DNA of 64,000 bases, taken from contig OY821645.1 in NCBI GenBank assembly GCA_963682135.1, positions 1,088,001-1,152,000 of the forward strand, written 5' to 3'. Shown here piece after piece: positions 8,127 to 18,548 of this stretch. The notes beneath the pieces were generated by a model. It searched no databases, was not told the DNA's origin, and saw nothing but the letters and a program-made list of their open reading frames with translations. Position numbers and translations under genes: made by a program. How positions within the stretch are numbered: position 1 is the first letter of the stretch; every line of letters starts with the position of its first letter. Source of the stretch: Methanothrix sp. Its GTDB lineage: Archaea; Halobacteriota; Methanosarcinia; Methanotrichales; Methanotrichaceae.

Positions 8127-9323
8127 TCATTGATTCGGCTTTGATCCCTCCGGCATTGCAGCCAACGTATCCTCCATGATCTTTCCATAAATATAACGGA
8201 ATATCAATCGTCCCGTAGCAATCATTGGCGTGGCCAGGAGCGCCCCCATTATGCCAAATGCATCAGCACCGGCAATGACGCCGATCAGGACTACCAGGGG
8301 AGGAAGATCGACCGCACTGCCCATGATCTTTGGCACCAGGAATTGATTTTCCAGCATCTGGACGAGCGTATAGAAAGCAATCACTATCAGCGCAAAAGTC
8401 AGATGGCTGAATGCCAGATGTGTTGATCCGAAGAGCAGGGCGACCAGAACCGCCGGAACAGCCGCCAGAACCGGGCCAACATTGGGGATCAACTCCATGA
8501 ATCCCGCAATGACGCCCAGGAAAAATGCCTGCGGCAATCCCAAGATAATGCCTCCTATCCAGGTGAAAAGGCCGACCGCCAGCATGAGCTGCATTTGACC
8601 ACGCAAAAAACCCGTCCAGGTCATATGGATATCTGCAAACAGCAGGTGAAGCTCCGGTCCGTGGCCGGGAGGTATCAAGCCAGAAAACCAATTCTTAAAC
8701 TCACCCGCTGCAAGAGTCATTTGCAGCGCCATGAGCAGCGTGAACAATACCGAAGCTAACCCAGAAAAGGTCGGTCCCAAAAACCCGGCCACTGTGCCCA
8801 GTGCCCTTCCCAGCCTGCTGCTCAAGTCGGCAACCGACATCTGTATGGCGGGAGCAGGAGTCTGGGCGGATGATGCAGAATAATTCAGAGCCGTGAGCAA
8901 GGAATCAATTGCAGGATTCAATATGCCTGCTAGCCACTGGTGGGCTTGCAGCTGTGTGGAAACTGATTGGACAAAGTCGATCAGTCTCTGGATAATCAGA
9001 TTGGGATCAATTTTCAGGGCAAAATTGGCCGCCTCCACCAGCGGCTGGATCAAAAGCAAGGGGACTAAGAGCAGCATGACCACGACGAATAAATAGGTAA
9101 TTACAATTGCCAGGGTCCTATTCATCCGCAGACGCACGGCCAGGAACCGAATAATTGGATCAACTATTAAGGCCAGCAGTGCGGCAGATAATACCAACGG
9201 AATGGCTGATCGACCTATGTAGACAACGAGCAGCCCTACCAGGAGCAGGAACACGCCCATGATATTACGAGAGGGTTCACTCCAACGGCTGCCAGAAGGC
9301 GCTTGAACCGAATCCACAGTCAT
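8127..9323 (-). CDS. AI-2E family transporter
   Basis: Multi-TM; FLRGQ...ELIPNVGP...QMLENQFLVPKIMG signature. Confidence 0.85.
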   Translation of the reverse strand: MTVDSVQAPSGSRWSEPSRNIMGVFLLLVGLLVVYIGRSAIPLVLSAALLALIVDPIIRFLAVRLRMNRTLAIVITYLFVVVMLLLVPLLLIQPLVEAANFALKIDPNLIIQRLIDFVQSVSTQLQAHQWLAGILNPAIDSLLTALNYSASSAQTPAPAIQMSVADLSSRLGRALGTVAGFLGPTFSGLASVLFTLLMALQMTLAAGEFKNWFSGLIPPGHGPELHLLFADIHMTWTGFLRGQMQLMLAVGLFTWIGGIILGLPQAFFLGVIAGFMELIPNVGPVLAAVPAVLVALLFGSTHLAFSHLTFALIVIAFYTLVQMLENQFLVPKIMGSAVDLPPLVVLIGVIAGADAFGIMGALLATPMIATGRLIFRYIYGKIMEDTLAAMPEGSKPNQ

Positions 9324-9392
9324 AACTACAGGATTGCGGGTTTAGGAAGATAACCTTTGTGACGGGCTGCAGGGCGACAAGGCTCCTGAGTT

Positions 9393-9884
9393 TTACTGCA
9401 AATAATTCTCGATACTGATCAACTTATCCACATCGCTCTTGCTGATGCTCGACTCTGAGACGACCTTCTCCTGCACCTCGATAGGGGCATGGCTCCTCAG
9501 AGCCAGGGCCAGACAGTCGGAGGGCCGGGCATCTATCTCGCTCTGTTTGCTCTCGCTCTTAAGGGTGAGACGAGCATAGTAGATGCCGCCGTCCAGATCA
9601 TCGATGAGCACATTGGTGATGCTGGCGGAAAGGCATTCCAGGACGGAGATGAAGAGATCGTGAGTCATGGGCCGGGGCGACAGCTCCCCGGAGAGAGCAT
9701 GATGAATGGAGACCGCCTCGGAGAGCCCCACAAATATGGGCACAATCCTCGCCTTCTCATCTTCCAGGAGGACCACGGGTACAGGCGCGCTTCCTTCTGA
9801 TTCGGCGATGTAGACTCCTTTAACCCTGACTGGAACAGGTGCCCGGGTGACTTCGTCCTCCATGCTCATTTTATAAGACTCCAA
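9393..9884 (-). CDS. Bifunctional nuclease family protein (DUF151)
   Basis: PIFVG..EA, PRPMTHDL, DARPSD..ALALR motifs. Confidence 0.9.
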   Translation of the reverse strand: MESYKMSMEDEVTRAPVPVRVKGVYIAESEGSAPVPVVLLEDEKARIVPIFVGLSEAVSIHHALSGELSPRPMTHDLFISVLECLSASITNVLIDDLDGGIYYARLTLKSESKQSEIDARPSDCLALALRSHAPIEVQEKVVSESSISKSDVDKLISIENYLQ

Positions 9885-9904
9885 TCATCTCTGCTTCATT
9901 CACA

Positions 9905-12900
9905 TTATGCTGCCCGATCTATGCCGATTCTCACACAGATCCCCTCTATATCCCAGTCTTTAACCAACTTTCCCTGTAGCTCCAGGCCCAGGCCCAACTG
10001 GAAATTTGCGGCTCGAACCTCGCTGGCAATATGATCCTTCTTTCGCATTGCTAAGTCGAGGATCGGCTTGCTCTCGATATCGACAACAGCCCGGATCTGA
10101 TCTTCCACGCGCAGATCCAGCTCCTTTCTCATGTCCTGAATGCGACGAATGATCTCTCGGGCATACCCTTCTGCCTCCAGCTCAGGTGTGAGGGTGATAT
10201 CCACGTAGACGAATCCCCGGGAAAACTCAGCCGCCGGCAAATTTTGGGGCGGTAGTTCCTTGATCGCCACCATCTCAGCAGTTATTTTATAATCCTTTCC
10301 TGCGAACGATATGGTCGCATCACCGCTGTCCAGTTGCCTCTTGACCTCAAAGGGATCGGCGGCAGCTATGGCCTCGACAACCGCTTTGGCTTCGCCCTTA
10401 TAAACCGGCCCGATCTTCTTATGAACCGGAGCCATCTCCAGGTCCATCTTTGGCTTTTCTCCCGCAGCCAGCACAGTTATCTTCTTGGAGTTGGTCTGGC
10501 CCTTGAGAACTTTTTCCAGGCCGCCCAGGTCCAGGACCTCTTTAGCCGGAGCAATCACGATCTCTGAGACCGGCCAGCGCAATTTCCTGCCACCTTTTTG
10601 GCGAGCATTGGAAGCCGCCATGGAAGCCTCCCTTACCAGCCCCATGCTCTCTTCCAGGCGCTTGTCTATCCGCTCCTTTTGGGCCTGAGGCCACTGGCAC
10701 ATATGCACCGACTGAGGTGCACCCTCGTCCAGGCCCTTCACCAGATTCTGATAGATGGACTCGGAGATGAAGGGAGCAAACGGAGCCATAATCTGGCTGA
10801 GTTTGACCAAAACCTCATAGATGGTGGCGTAGGCGGCCAGCTTGTCCGGATCATCCTGCTCAATCCAGGTGCGAGGCCGCACCAGCTGGATGTACCAGCG
10901 AGAGAGATCTTCCAGAATGAAGTCGGAGATGGAGCGTACAATGCGGTGCAGCTGGTAGCCCTCCATCTCTGCTGTGACATCCTCTATCAGGCTGTTTACC
11001 CGGGACAGAATCCAGCGATCCTCGGGACGCAGATTGCTCTCGTACCTGGATAGATCTGCCTTGCCGCCGTCAAACTTATCCAGGACCATGTAGGGCAGAG
11101 CAAAACGATAAGCATTCCAGAAGATGTTGAGCATGCGGCCGGTGTTCTCCACGCCGTCCCAGGAGAAGTGCAGATCCTCCCAGGGTGCATTGGCTCCCAG
11201 CACATAGAAGCGCAGGATGTCGGCCCCGAACTTTTGCACAACCTCTTCCGGCTGGACGATATTGCCTATGCTCTTGGACATCTTCCTGCCCTGGTCGTCC
11301 AAGGTGAAGCCGTGCATGAGAACGCTCTTGTAAGGCGCCCGGCCAAAGGAGACCATGGAGGCTCCCAGTTGAGAGTAGAACCAGCCGCGCGTCTGGTCGT
11401 GCCCTTCTGTGATGAAATCGGCCGGCCACCAGTCCGAGAATTCCTCCTTGTGACTGGGGAAACGCAATGTGGCCCAGGAGGCAACCGCACTGTCAAACCA
11501 GACATCAAAGACATCAGGCGAGCGCGCCATCTTGCCGCCGCAGGGGCAGTCCAGGAAGACATGGTCCACATCCGGCCGGTGCAGATCGGCGAGCTTCCGG
11601 CCGCTTCGCTCCTCGAGCTCTGCTGCCGTGCCGATAACCTCCAGATGACCGCAAGTCGGGCAGGTCCAGATGGGCAGGGGAATTCCCCAGTATCTCTGCC
11701 GGGAGATACACCAGTCGCGGGCATTGTTGATCCAGTCAGCGAAGCGAGCCGATCCGGCCCAATCCGGATACCAGGTTATGCGCGAGACCTCATCGAGCAT
11801 TTTGTCCCGCAGATCGGATATTCGCAAGAACCACTGGCTAGTGGCGATGAAAATTATGGGCGTCTTGCAGCGCCAGCAATGGCCGTAGCGGTGCGCGAGC
11901 CGTCCCGAAGCCAGCAGCCGTCCCTGCTCCTCCAGATCGGTGATAACTTCGCTATCAGCTTCCTTAACGTACAGGCCCTGATACTTCGTGCCTGCCTCAG
12001 CCGTATAGCGTCCGTCTCCTCCTACCGGGCAGAATATCTCCATATGATTTTTCATTCCCAGCTCGTAGTCCTCAAGACCGTGGCCGGGAGCGATGTGCAC
12101 GCAGCCGGTGTTCTCTGCCGTCACGAAGTCGGCGGCATAAACCTTGTGCAAGATATCTTTTTGGCGGGGGACCATATCGCCCAGAGGGTGGCTGTAGGTG
12201 AGCTTTTGCATCTGCTCGGCCGACAGAGAGGAAAACAGCTCATAGTCCTGATAGCGGCCGATCTTGAGAACCGACTCAACCAGGTCCGAGGCCATGATGA
12301 GGATCTCCGCCTTTCCGTCTTTCCAGGCTCTGACCCTGGAATATTGGAAGGAGGGGTTCACAGCCACGCCCACGTTGGCGGGAATGGTCCAGGGTGTGGT
12401 GGTCCAGATGACAATGTAGGTATTCTCTTCGCCCAGCACCGGGAACTTGACATAGATGGAGTAGTCGGTCTCATCCCAGTACTCCACCTCGGAGTCGGCA
12501 ATGGCCGTCTGGCAGCGCGGGCACCAATTCACCACCCGCAGACCTCTCTCCAGGAGGTTATTCTCATGCGCTTTTTTCAGAGTCCACCAGGCAGCCTCCA
12601 GATACTCGTTCTTGAGTGTCATGTAGGGATCTTCCCAGTCCAGCCAGGCCCCCAGGATCTGAAACTGAGCAGTCATGTCGTCTTTTTGGCGCAGCGCGAA
12701 CTCCTTGCAGCGGGCGATGAACTTATCGACGCCATAAGCCTCGATATCCTTCTTGTTTCTAAAGCCGAAGGACTCCTCTACCTTGACCTCGATGGGCAGG
12801 CCGTGCATATCCCAGCCCGCCCGGTCCTTGACCTCAAAACCATTCATGGACTTGTAGCGCAAAACGCAGTCCTTGATCACCTTATTCCAGGCGGTGCCCA

Positions 12901-13066
12901 GATGAATGCGACCCGTGGTGTAAGGCGGTCCGTCCACAAAGAAAAATTTCTTGCCGCCCACCCGCAGCTTGCGAACCGTGCGATAGGTATCTTCCCTCTC
13001 CCACAACAATCTGATCTGGCTTTCCAGATCCTTTGCATTATACTGCCCAGCCACCTCGCTGATCAT
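9905..13066 (-). CDS. ileS: Isoleucyl-tRNA synthetase
   Basis: DGPPYTTG.IHLGT, GWDMHGLPIE, WTTTPWT, EGHDQTRGWF, KMSKS; GGAGG upstream of ATG 13066. Confidence 0.97.
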   Translation of the reverse strand: MISEVAGQYNAKDLESQIRLLWEREDTYRTVRKLRVGGKKFFFVDGPPYTTGRIHLGTAWNKVIKDCVLRYKSMNGFEVKDRAGWDMHGLPIEVKVEESFGFRNKKDIEAYGVDKFIARCKEFALRQKDDMTAQFQILGAWLDWEDPYMTLKNEYLEAAWWTLKKAHENNLLERGLRVVNWCPRCQTAIADSEVEYWDETDYSIYVKFPVLGEENTYIVIWTTTPWTIPANVGVAVNPSFQYSRVRAWKDGKAEILIMASDLVESVLKIGRYQDYELFSSLSAEQMQKLTYSHPLGDMVPRQKDILHKVYAADFVTAENTGCVHIAPGHGLEDYELGMKNHMEIFCPVGGDGRYTAEAGTKYQGLYVKEADSEVITDLEEQGRLLASGRLAHRYGHCWRCKTPIIFIATSQWFLRISDLRDKMLDEVSRITWYPDWAGSARFADWINNARDWCISRQRYWGIPLPIWTCPTCGHLEVIGTAAELEERSGRKLADLHRPDVDHVFLDCPCGGKMARSPDVFDVWFDSAVASWATLRFPSHKEEFSDWWPADFITEGHDQTRGWFYSQLGASMVSFGRAPYKSVLMHGFTLDDQGRKMSKSIGNIVQPEEVVQKFGADILRFYVLGANAPWEDLHFSWDGVENTGRMLNIFWNAYRFALPYMVLDKFDGGKADLSRYESNLRPEDRWILSRVNSLIEDVTAEMEGYQLHRIVRSISDFILEDLSRWYIQLVRPRTWIEQDDPDKLAAYATIYEVLVKLSQIMAPFAPFISESIYQNLVKGLDEGAPQSVHMCQWPQAQKERIDKRLEESMGLVREASMAASNARQKGGRKLRWPVSEIVIAPAKEVLDLGGLEKVLKGQTNSKKITVLAAGEKPKMDLEMAPVHKKIGPVYKGEAKAVVEAIAAADPFEVKRQLDSGDATISFAGKDYKITAEMVAIKELPPQNLPAAEFSRGFVYVDITLTPELEAEGYAREIIRRIQDMRKELDLRVEDQIRAVVDIESKPILDLAMRKKDHIASEVRAANFQLGLGLELQGKLVKDWDIEGICVRIGIDRAA

Positions 13067-13219
13067 AGGAAATCCTCCAAAAAACAGTTTTGCCATCATG
13101 TTTCACATCTATATTTAGCCTTTGTTGCCTTGCCACAAATCAGATGATACGCCGGCCAGCTCATTGCAGCAATATTGATATAATGACAGCACGAACCATT
13201 TTCTCAGGAGGAGTTATTC

Positions 13220-14182
13220 ATTAAAGAGGAGATCTGGATCGAGAAGTACCGGCCGGAAAAGCTGGATGACATTGTGGGCCAGGACGAGATAATCCGCCGT
13301 CTCAAGTCCTATGTAAAGACCAGAAACCTGCCGCATCTTCTGTTTTCAGGGCCGCCGGGCGTGGGCAAGACGGCAGCATCCATCTCCATTGTCAAAGAGA
13401 TCTTCGGCGAGACCTGGCGCAATAATTTCATCGAGCTGAATGCCAGCGATGAGAGAGGCATAGATATCATCCGCCACAAAGTCAAGGACTTCGCCCGCAT
13501 GGCCCCCTTAGGTGAAGCAGATTTCAAGGTTATATTTCTAGACGAGGCCGACGCCCTGACCAATGACGCCCAGAGCGCTCTGCGGCGCACTATGGAGCGC
13601 TATTCGGCCACAACCAGGTTCATATTATCCTGCAACTACTCCTCCAAGATCATTGAGCCCATCCAGTCTCGCTGTGCCGTCTACCGCTTCAAGCCCCTCT
13701 CGGCAGCAGCCGTCAAGAAGCGCGTCAAATTTATCGCAGATGAAGAAAAGCTGATAGTATCCGAGGAAGGGCTTTCTGCCATTGAATATGTTGCCGGCGG
13801 AGATATGCGAAAAGCCATCAATGCCCTGCAGGCGGCGGCCCTTCTGGGCGATAAGGTGGACGAGGAGACGATTTACCAGATCACATCCACTGCTAAGCCA
13901 GAGGAGATTCGAAATTTCATAAAGACGGCTCTTTCCGGAGACTTCGTGGGAGCGCGTGCGGCACTGGACGATCTGCTGCTCTCCAAGGGGCTCTCCGGCC
14001 AGGATGTGGTGGTGCAGATTCACCGGGCCATGCTGGACCTGGATATACCGGACAGGGACAAGGTCAGACTGATCGACCGTATCGGAGAGATCGATTTTCG
14101 CATGACGGAAGGCGCTAACGAGAGAATTCAGCTGGAAGCACTGCTGGCTTACTTTGCCTTGAGTAAATCAAATACACAGTAA
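13220..14182 (+). CDS. rfcS: Replication factor C small subunit (probable ATT start)
   Basis: WIEKYRP box upstream of the track's [27 protein letters not shown] motifs. Confidence 0.93.
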   Translation: MKEEIWIEKYRPEKLDDIVGQDEIIRRLKSYVKTRNLPHLLFSGPPGVGKTAASISIVKEIFGETWRNNFIELNASDERGIDIIRHKVKDFARMAPLGEADFKVIFLDEADALTNDAQSALRRTMERYSATTRFILSCNYSSKIIEPIQSRCAVYRFKPLSAAAVKKRVKFIADEEKLIVSEEGLSAIEYVAGGDMRKAINALQAAALLGDKVDEETIYQITSTAKPEEIRNFIKTALSGDFVGARAALDDLLLSKGLSGQDVVVQIHRAMLDLDIPDRDKVRLIDRIGEIDFRMTEGANERIQLEALLAYFALSKSNTQ

Positions 14183-14191
14183 CTAAAATCT

Positions 14192-14929
14192 ATGCAGCCC
14201 ACGGGACGAATATTCATGGAGATGACCAGATATGACCGCCTTTCCCGCGCGGATCAGTTCCTAGGTCTTCCAGCCCCTTCACTTGAGAAGCCTGCTCCGG
14301 AAGATTGCAGGTTCATTTCGCTACCTTCGCCGGAGGAAATATCCACATCTCCATTGGAACTTCGCTTCGCCATTGAATCGCGAAGATCGATTCGCAGGTA
14401 TGCCGGCGATCCTCTGACCATGCAGGAACTGGCTTACCTTCTCTGGTGTACACAAGGGATTTTAGAGCAGCATGAACCATATGCCACTTTTCGTAATGTT
14501 CCTTCTGCCGGGGGCCGCCATGCCTTTGAGACCTATTTGCTGGTTAATCGGGTGAGAGGCCTTGAGCCCGGACTCTATCGCTATTTAGCATTCTCTCATG
14601 GTCTCATGCCCATCGAGATTAACCCTGGTGTGGCGGATAAGATCATGGATGCTTGTCTCAGGCAGGCCATAGTAAGGGACTCGGCGGTCACATTCATCTG
14701 GTCTTGTGTCATCTATCGCATGTCATGGAGGTATAGCGAACGTGCCTATCGGTTGGTTCACCTCGATGCTGGCCATGTGTGCCAGAACCTCTATCTTGCC
14801 GCTGAGCAGATCAGTTGCGGCGCTTGTGCAATTGGAGCTTTTGATGATGAGCTAATGGCTGGGCTGCTTGGGATCGATGGAGTGGAGGAGTTTGTTATCT
14901 ACTGTGCAACGGTCGGAAGGAAGGTTTGA
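14192..14929 (+). CDS. SagB/ThcOx family nitroreductase-like protein
   Basis: RRSIRRY, PSAGGRH, LDAGHVCQNLYL motifs. Confidence 0.88.
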   Translation: MQPTGRIFMEMTRYDRLSRADQFLGLPAPSLEKPAPEDCRFISLPSPEEISTSPLELRFAIESRRSIRRYAGDPLTMQELAYLLWCTQGILEQHEPYATFRNVPSAGGRHAFETYLLVNRVRGLEPGLYRYLAFSHGLMPIEINPGVADKIMDACLRQAIVRDSAVTFIWSCVIYRMSWRYSERAYRLVHLDAGHVCQNLYLAAEQISCGACAIGAFDDELMAGLLGIDGVEEFVIYCATVGRKV

Positions 14930-15066
14930 GATCAATCCAAAATTTTTTAGCTCATCCGAAAGGCAGAAAAAAGTGAAAGCAGCGAAAGAGGAATCACCCC
15001 GCATATGCTGATGCACAGATTATACGCTTTTTTGGCTCTTCGCTGTTTCATCAAGTCAACATGCCT

Positions 15067-15957
15067 CTATGCACCGTATCCCTTATACGCCTTCTTCAAC
15101 ACTTCGATGTCAAACTTTTTCATTTTGAGAAACGCCTCAGTCACTCGTGCCAACTTCTCTCGATCTTTATCCTTGAGCATTTCTTCCATAACCGTGGGAA
15201 CAATCTGCCACGAGACGCCGTATCTATCCTTCAGCCAGCCGCATTGTTCCGCCTTTGGGTCTGCGGAAAGCTTGTCCCAATAGTAATCAATCTCCTCCTG
15301 CGTCTCGCAGTGCACTATGAACGAAATGGCTTCATTGAAAGAAAAATTGTGGATACGCGCGCTGTCCATAGCAGCAAATTCCTGCCCCTCAAGCTCGAAA
15401 GCGGCATGCTTTATTGTTCCTTCTTCGTCCGGGTCTTCACCTTTAGTGTAACGGAGTATATCGCCCACTCTTGCGTTGTGGAACAGCGTTGTGTAAAAAT
15501 TGATCGCTTCTTCTGCTTTTCCCGCATTCTTGCCGACAAACATAAGCGTCGGAGTGATCTTCTGCTTTATTTCATGCCCACCCATGAACATCACTTGCCA
15601 CGAAAGGCCGTACCTGTCCTGCACCCACCCATATCTTTCACTGAATGGATATTCGCCAAGCTCCATGAGTGTCGTGCCTCCATCCGAGAGTTTTTCCCAT
15701 AATGCACCGACCTCGTCCTTTGTCTTGCAGGCGACAAGAAATGATATAGATGGATTGAATTTAAAAAGTGGGCCTGCGCTGATGAGCGTGAATTCCTGCC
15801 CCGAAAGTTCAATGGTAACAATATCTACCGTGCCTGAAGGGGTGTTATTGAGCCTTGTCATTTCATTGATTTTCGAGTCATCAAAAACCGAAGCATAGAA
15901 CTGGGCTGCCTCTTCAGCATCTCTATCGAACCACAGATGCGAGGTGATTTTTTGCAT
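15067..15957 (-). CDS. Double VOC/PhnB-like (3-dmu-9 3-methyltransferase family) protein
   Basis: Two repeats of QKIT..L.F...AEEA..FY, with YGWVQDRYGLSWQ / CGWLKDRYGVSWQ. Confidence 0.88.
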   Translation of the reverse strand: MQKITSHLWFDRDAEEAAQFYASVFDDSKINEMTRLNNTPSGTVDIVTIELSGQEFTLISAGPLFKFNPSISFLVACKTKDEVGALWEKLSDGGTTLMELGEYPFSERYGWVQDRYGLSWQVMFMGGHEIKQKITPTLMFVGKNAGKAEEAINFYTTLFHNARVGDILRYTKGEDPDEEGTIKHAAFELEGQEFAAMDSARIHNFSFNEAISFIVHCETQEEIDYYWDKLSADPKAEQCGWLKDRYGVSWQIVPTVMEEMLKDKDREKLARVTEAFLKMKKFDIEVLKKAYKGYGA

Positions 15958-15959
15958 GG

Positions 15960-16223
15960 TTATTGCACCTCCTTAAGCCGTTTACGGCGAGCAAGTTCTG
16001 CCTCATTTGGCGTTTCCAAGGCAAACGACCCTGTCTTGACTTTCCCTGCACGCTCATAAGTGGCAACTATGACACCTGTGTTTGAAGTTTTACTGTCAAC
16101 GAGCTTGAAGCCCGCCGGAATAGTGCCATCGCCAAAAAGGCGCTTGCCTGTGCCGAGTGTAAGCGGGAATATCTTTAAGCGAAACTCGTCAATCAGGTCA
16201 TGTTTCAAGATTAGTTTTCTCAT
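15960..16223 (-). pseudogene. Internally deleted DHFR/RibD C-terminal family gene
   Basis: MRKLI joined directly to LKHDLIDEFRLKIFPLTLGTGKRLF; central part missing. Confidence 0.65.
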
Positions 16224-16352
16224 TTCAATTTCTCCGCTCCAGCTATTCTTCACTTCAAATAAGCTATGAATATGGTTGACATTGTTTATAAAATTTTTTT
16301 ATAAGATGTTAATATAAAATTGTATACATTGCCGTTGAAGGCTTCCTGAAAA

Positions 16353-17036
16353 TCATCTCACCAAGACGGCTCGCACCGGAGAAGCTTCTGCATCCGGTAT
16401 GCTCAGGGGAAGACAAATTAGAGAATATCTGCCGCATGGGACATCGGCAAGATCGATGCCCTCCAGAATGAGAACATCATTTTCCAGAAGGGCGCGATGA
16501 ACGGACAAAGAGTCGTCCCCATATTTATCTACGGATAGGTAGTCAATCCCCAACAAACTGGCCCCCTCGGCGACGCAAAGCCGGGCTACGTCTAACGAAA
16601 GGCAGACGAAATCTTCCGAGAAGGCGGCCTGATGCATGAGCCTCTTCCTGGAATTGTCGGTCTTAAAGAGCAGAGCCTGGCCCGCTTCGATCTTGCAGCC
16701 CTGCAAGCTGCACGGCAGGACCGGTCCTTCCCCCGAGGCGCAGACGACCTCAGCCGGCATGATGAAGCGCTTTAGAGGATATTTATCCAAGGATGCGCCG
16801 CTCTCCAGCAGATGGGAAGGAAAATCCAGATGAGTGCCGGCATGCGATCCCAGGGCTAAGGCGGATAAATTATAGCCGCTGCCCTTATCCAGCCTTGCTA
16901 TCCACTCGCGGAAATACAAGCGATCTCCGGGATAGATGGGCGCCTTGTTCAAGGGCGCACTTATATCGTACACTTGCTTAAGATCCAAGAGACTATCAGG
17001 GCCGATTTCAGATGCAAGAGGCATAAGAGAAAACAT
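16353..17036 (-). CDS. Cyclase / kynurenine formamidase family protein
   Basis: HAGTHLDFPSH, GIDYLSVD, ILEGIDL, ASPVRAV. Confidence 0.88.
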   Translation of the reverse strand: MFSLMPLASEIGPDSLLDLKQVYDISAPLNKAPIYPGDRLYFREWIARLDKGSGYNLSALALGSHAGTHLDFPSHLLESGASLDKYPLKRFIMPAEVVCASGEGPVLPCSLQGCKIEAGQALLFKTDNSRKRLMHQAAFSEDFVCLSLDVARLCVAEGASLLGIDYLSVDKYGDDSLSVHRALLENDVLILEGIDLADVPCGRYSLICLPLSIPDAEASPVRAVLVR

Positions 17037-17144
17037 TTTTCATACTATTTATAATGGACAATTGGACAACAACCGGGGAATCGTTATCTTCCAATGCCTC
17101 TTCGCCTCCAAAGACTTATAACGCCAAAGAAGACAATCATCCAC

Positions 17145-17747
17145 ATGAAGAATCTGGGCACAATGGACCGGCTTCTGAGGGTAATTCTGGCTGAGATATG
17201 CATCCTTGTGGCCTTCTTTTGGGTGACTGTGGAGTGGCAGATCCCCCTTTACCTGATCGCCGGAGTGATGCTGCTTCAGGCTGGCACGGCTACATGCAGC
17301 GTCTACACCTTGCTTGGCTGGAATAATTGCCGAATAGTCCGCCGCACGGACAAGAATCTGATGACTGCCTTTGTTGTCGCGGCTCTGCTGCTGGCTGTAG
17401 CTGGCAGCTATGGCAGCGCGATGCTGACCAAGAGCATCTTTCTGGAGGATTTGGGAAGCGTAAACGATTCCTATAACCTGGCGCTGCATTCCCTCGATCA
17501 GGGTCAGAGAGATAATATGGCAACGCACTACGGAAATCTGGATAGCGCCTTCGCCGCCTTTTCTATGAAGTATAGCAAATACGAGCCGCTAACGATAAAG
17601 TTTGACGGCAATTTCACATCTCAGATGAATAATATCTCTGCGGCAATTGCCGGGTCAAAGCAAGACGTGGCTTTAGGCAATCTCACCTCTGCTCATAAGG
17701 AGCTGAAGAAGGTCGGGCCGATCATTGAGAAGATGCAGGACAGATAG
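17145..17747 (+). CDS. DUF2892-domain membrane protein with C-terminal helical domain
   Basis: MKNLGTMDRLLR...CSVYTLLG.N. Confidence 0.7.
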   Translation: MKNLGTMDRLLRVILAEICILVAFFWVTVEWQIPLYLIAGVMLLQAGTATCSVYTLLGWNNCRIVRRTDKNLMTAFVVAALLLAVAGSYGSAMLTKSIFLEDLGSVNDSYNLALHSLDQGQRDNMATHYGNLDSAFAAFSMKYSKYEPLTIKFDGNFTSQMNNISAAIAGSKQDVALGNLTSAHKELKKVGPIIEKMQDR

Positions 17748-17780
17748 GCATTACTGAGAAAAATAATAGATTAGATATTT

Positions 17781-18065
17781 TTATTTCCGATCCAGAACCT
17801 TGATGAGATGGTAGCCGAACTGGCTCTTCACCGGCCCCAGGATCTTGCCCTTCTCGCCCTCGAAGGCGGCCTTCTCAAACTCAGGGACCATTTTGCCCTT
17901 GCCAAACCATCCCAGGTCCCCGCCACTCTTGCTGGATGGGCAGGTCGAGTATTTGCGAGCCATCTCGGCAAAGTTCTCCTGGCCCATGGCCAGCTTTTCT
18001 GCAACTTCTTTTGCCTTCTTTTCCGTCTTGCAAAGGATGTGAGCAGCATGTACTTCTTTTACCAT
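17781..18065 (-). CDS. ppiC: Parvulin-type peptidyl-prolyl isomerase
   Basis: HAAHIL, S.CPS..GGDLG.F, MVPEFE, FGYHLI. Confidence 0.93.
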   Translation of the reverse strand: MVKEVHAAHILCKTEKKAKEVAEKLAMGQENFAEMARKYSTCPSSKSGGDLGWFGKGKMVPEFEKAAFEGEKGKILGPVKSQFGYHLIKVLDRK

Positions 18066-18097
18066 AGGCAGGGTGTGGAAATCATAGAGATAAAAAG

Positions 18098-18304
18098 CTA
18101 TTCGATGATCTCCGCCACCCGGCCCACCTGGCCATCCTGAAGCCTTACTTTGATGCCGTGCGGATGGGTGGGGGAACTGGTCAAAAGCTCCTTGACGATG
18201 CCGCGCGTCCGCTTGCCGGTGCGCTGGTCATTCTTGAGGACTACGTCCACGGTCAGGCCGGGGCGGACGTCCTTGCGGTTTTTTCCACTTTTTGCGAGTG
18301 ACAT
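18098..18304 (-). CDS. YwbE family protein (DUF2196)
   Basis: DQRTGK.T.G.V..LLT.S..HPHGIKVRL.DG.VGRV. Confidence 0.88.
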   Translation of the reverse strand: MSLAKSGKNRKDVRPGLTVDVVLKNDQRTGKRTRGIVKELLTSSPTHPHGIKVRLQDGQVGRVAEIIE

Positions 18305-18548
18305 TTAACCTCATAATCGTTCTCTAATTGCACATATGTTTTAATTTTCTATTGATCATTGGAAACAAGAGTATTATCTTGAAGCCTTCAGTCTCAGCTT
18401 TATATAATTATCGTATACTTTGGATTCAGACTACATCACAAATACAAGATTCGAAGAGCCTGGTAAAGTTTATCATTATTGAATGTAATAATAACTACCA
18501 AGGAGTTTTGCGGCTTATCGATTAGGTAGGAACGAAATTAATAGAGGA

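Noticed and set aside
11168-13147. 659-aa ORF antisense to ileS
   Set aside because: Shadow of a GC-rich, codon-biased gene; no motifs
14192-14929. SagB protein as maturase for the 38.7-kb peptide
   Set aside because: No YcaO or precursor nearby; stand-alone SagB/ThcOx nitroreductases are common in methanogens
14974-15050. Imperfect inverted repeat as MITE
   Set aside because: Arms are gapped, no target duplication seen; likely a terminator between convergent genes
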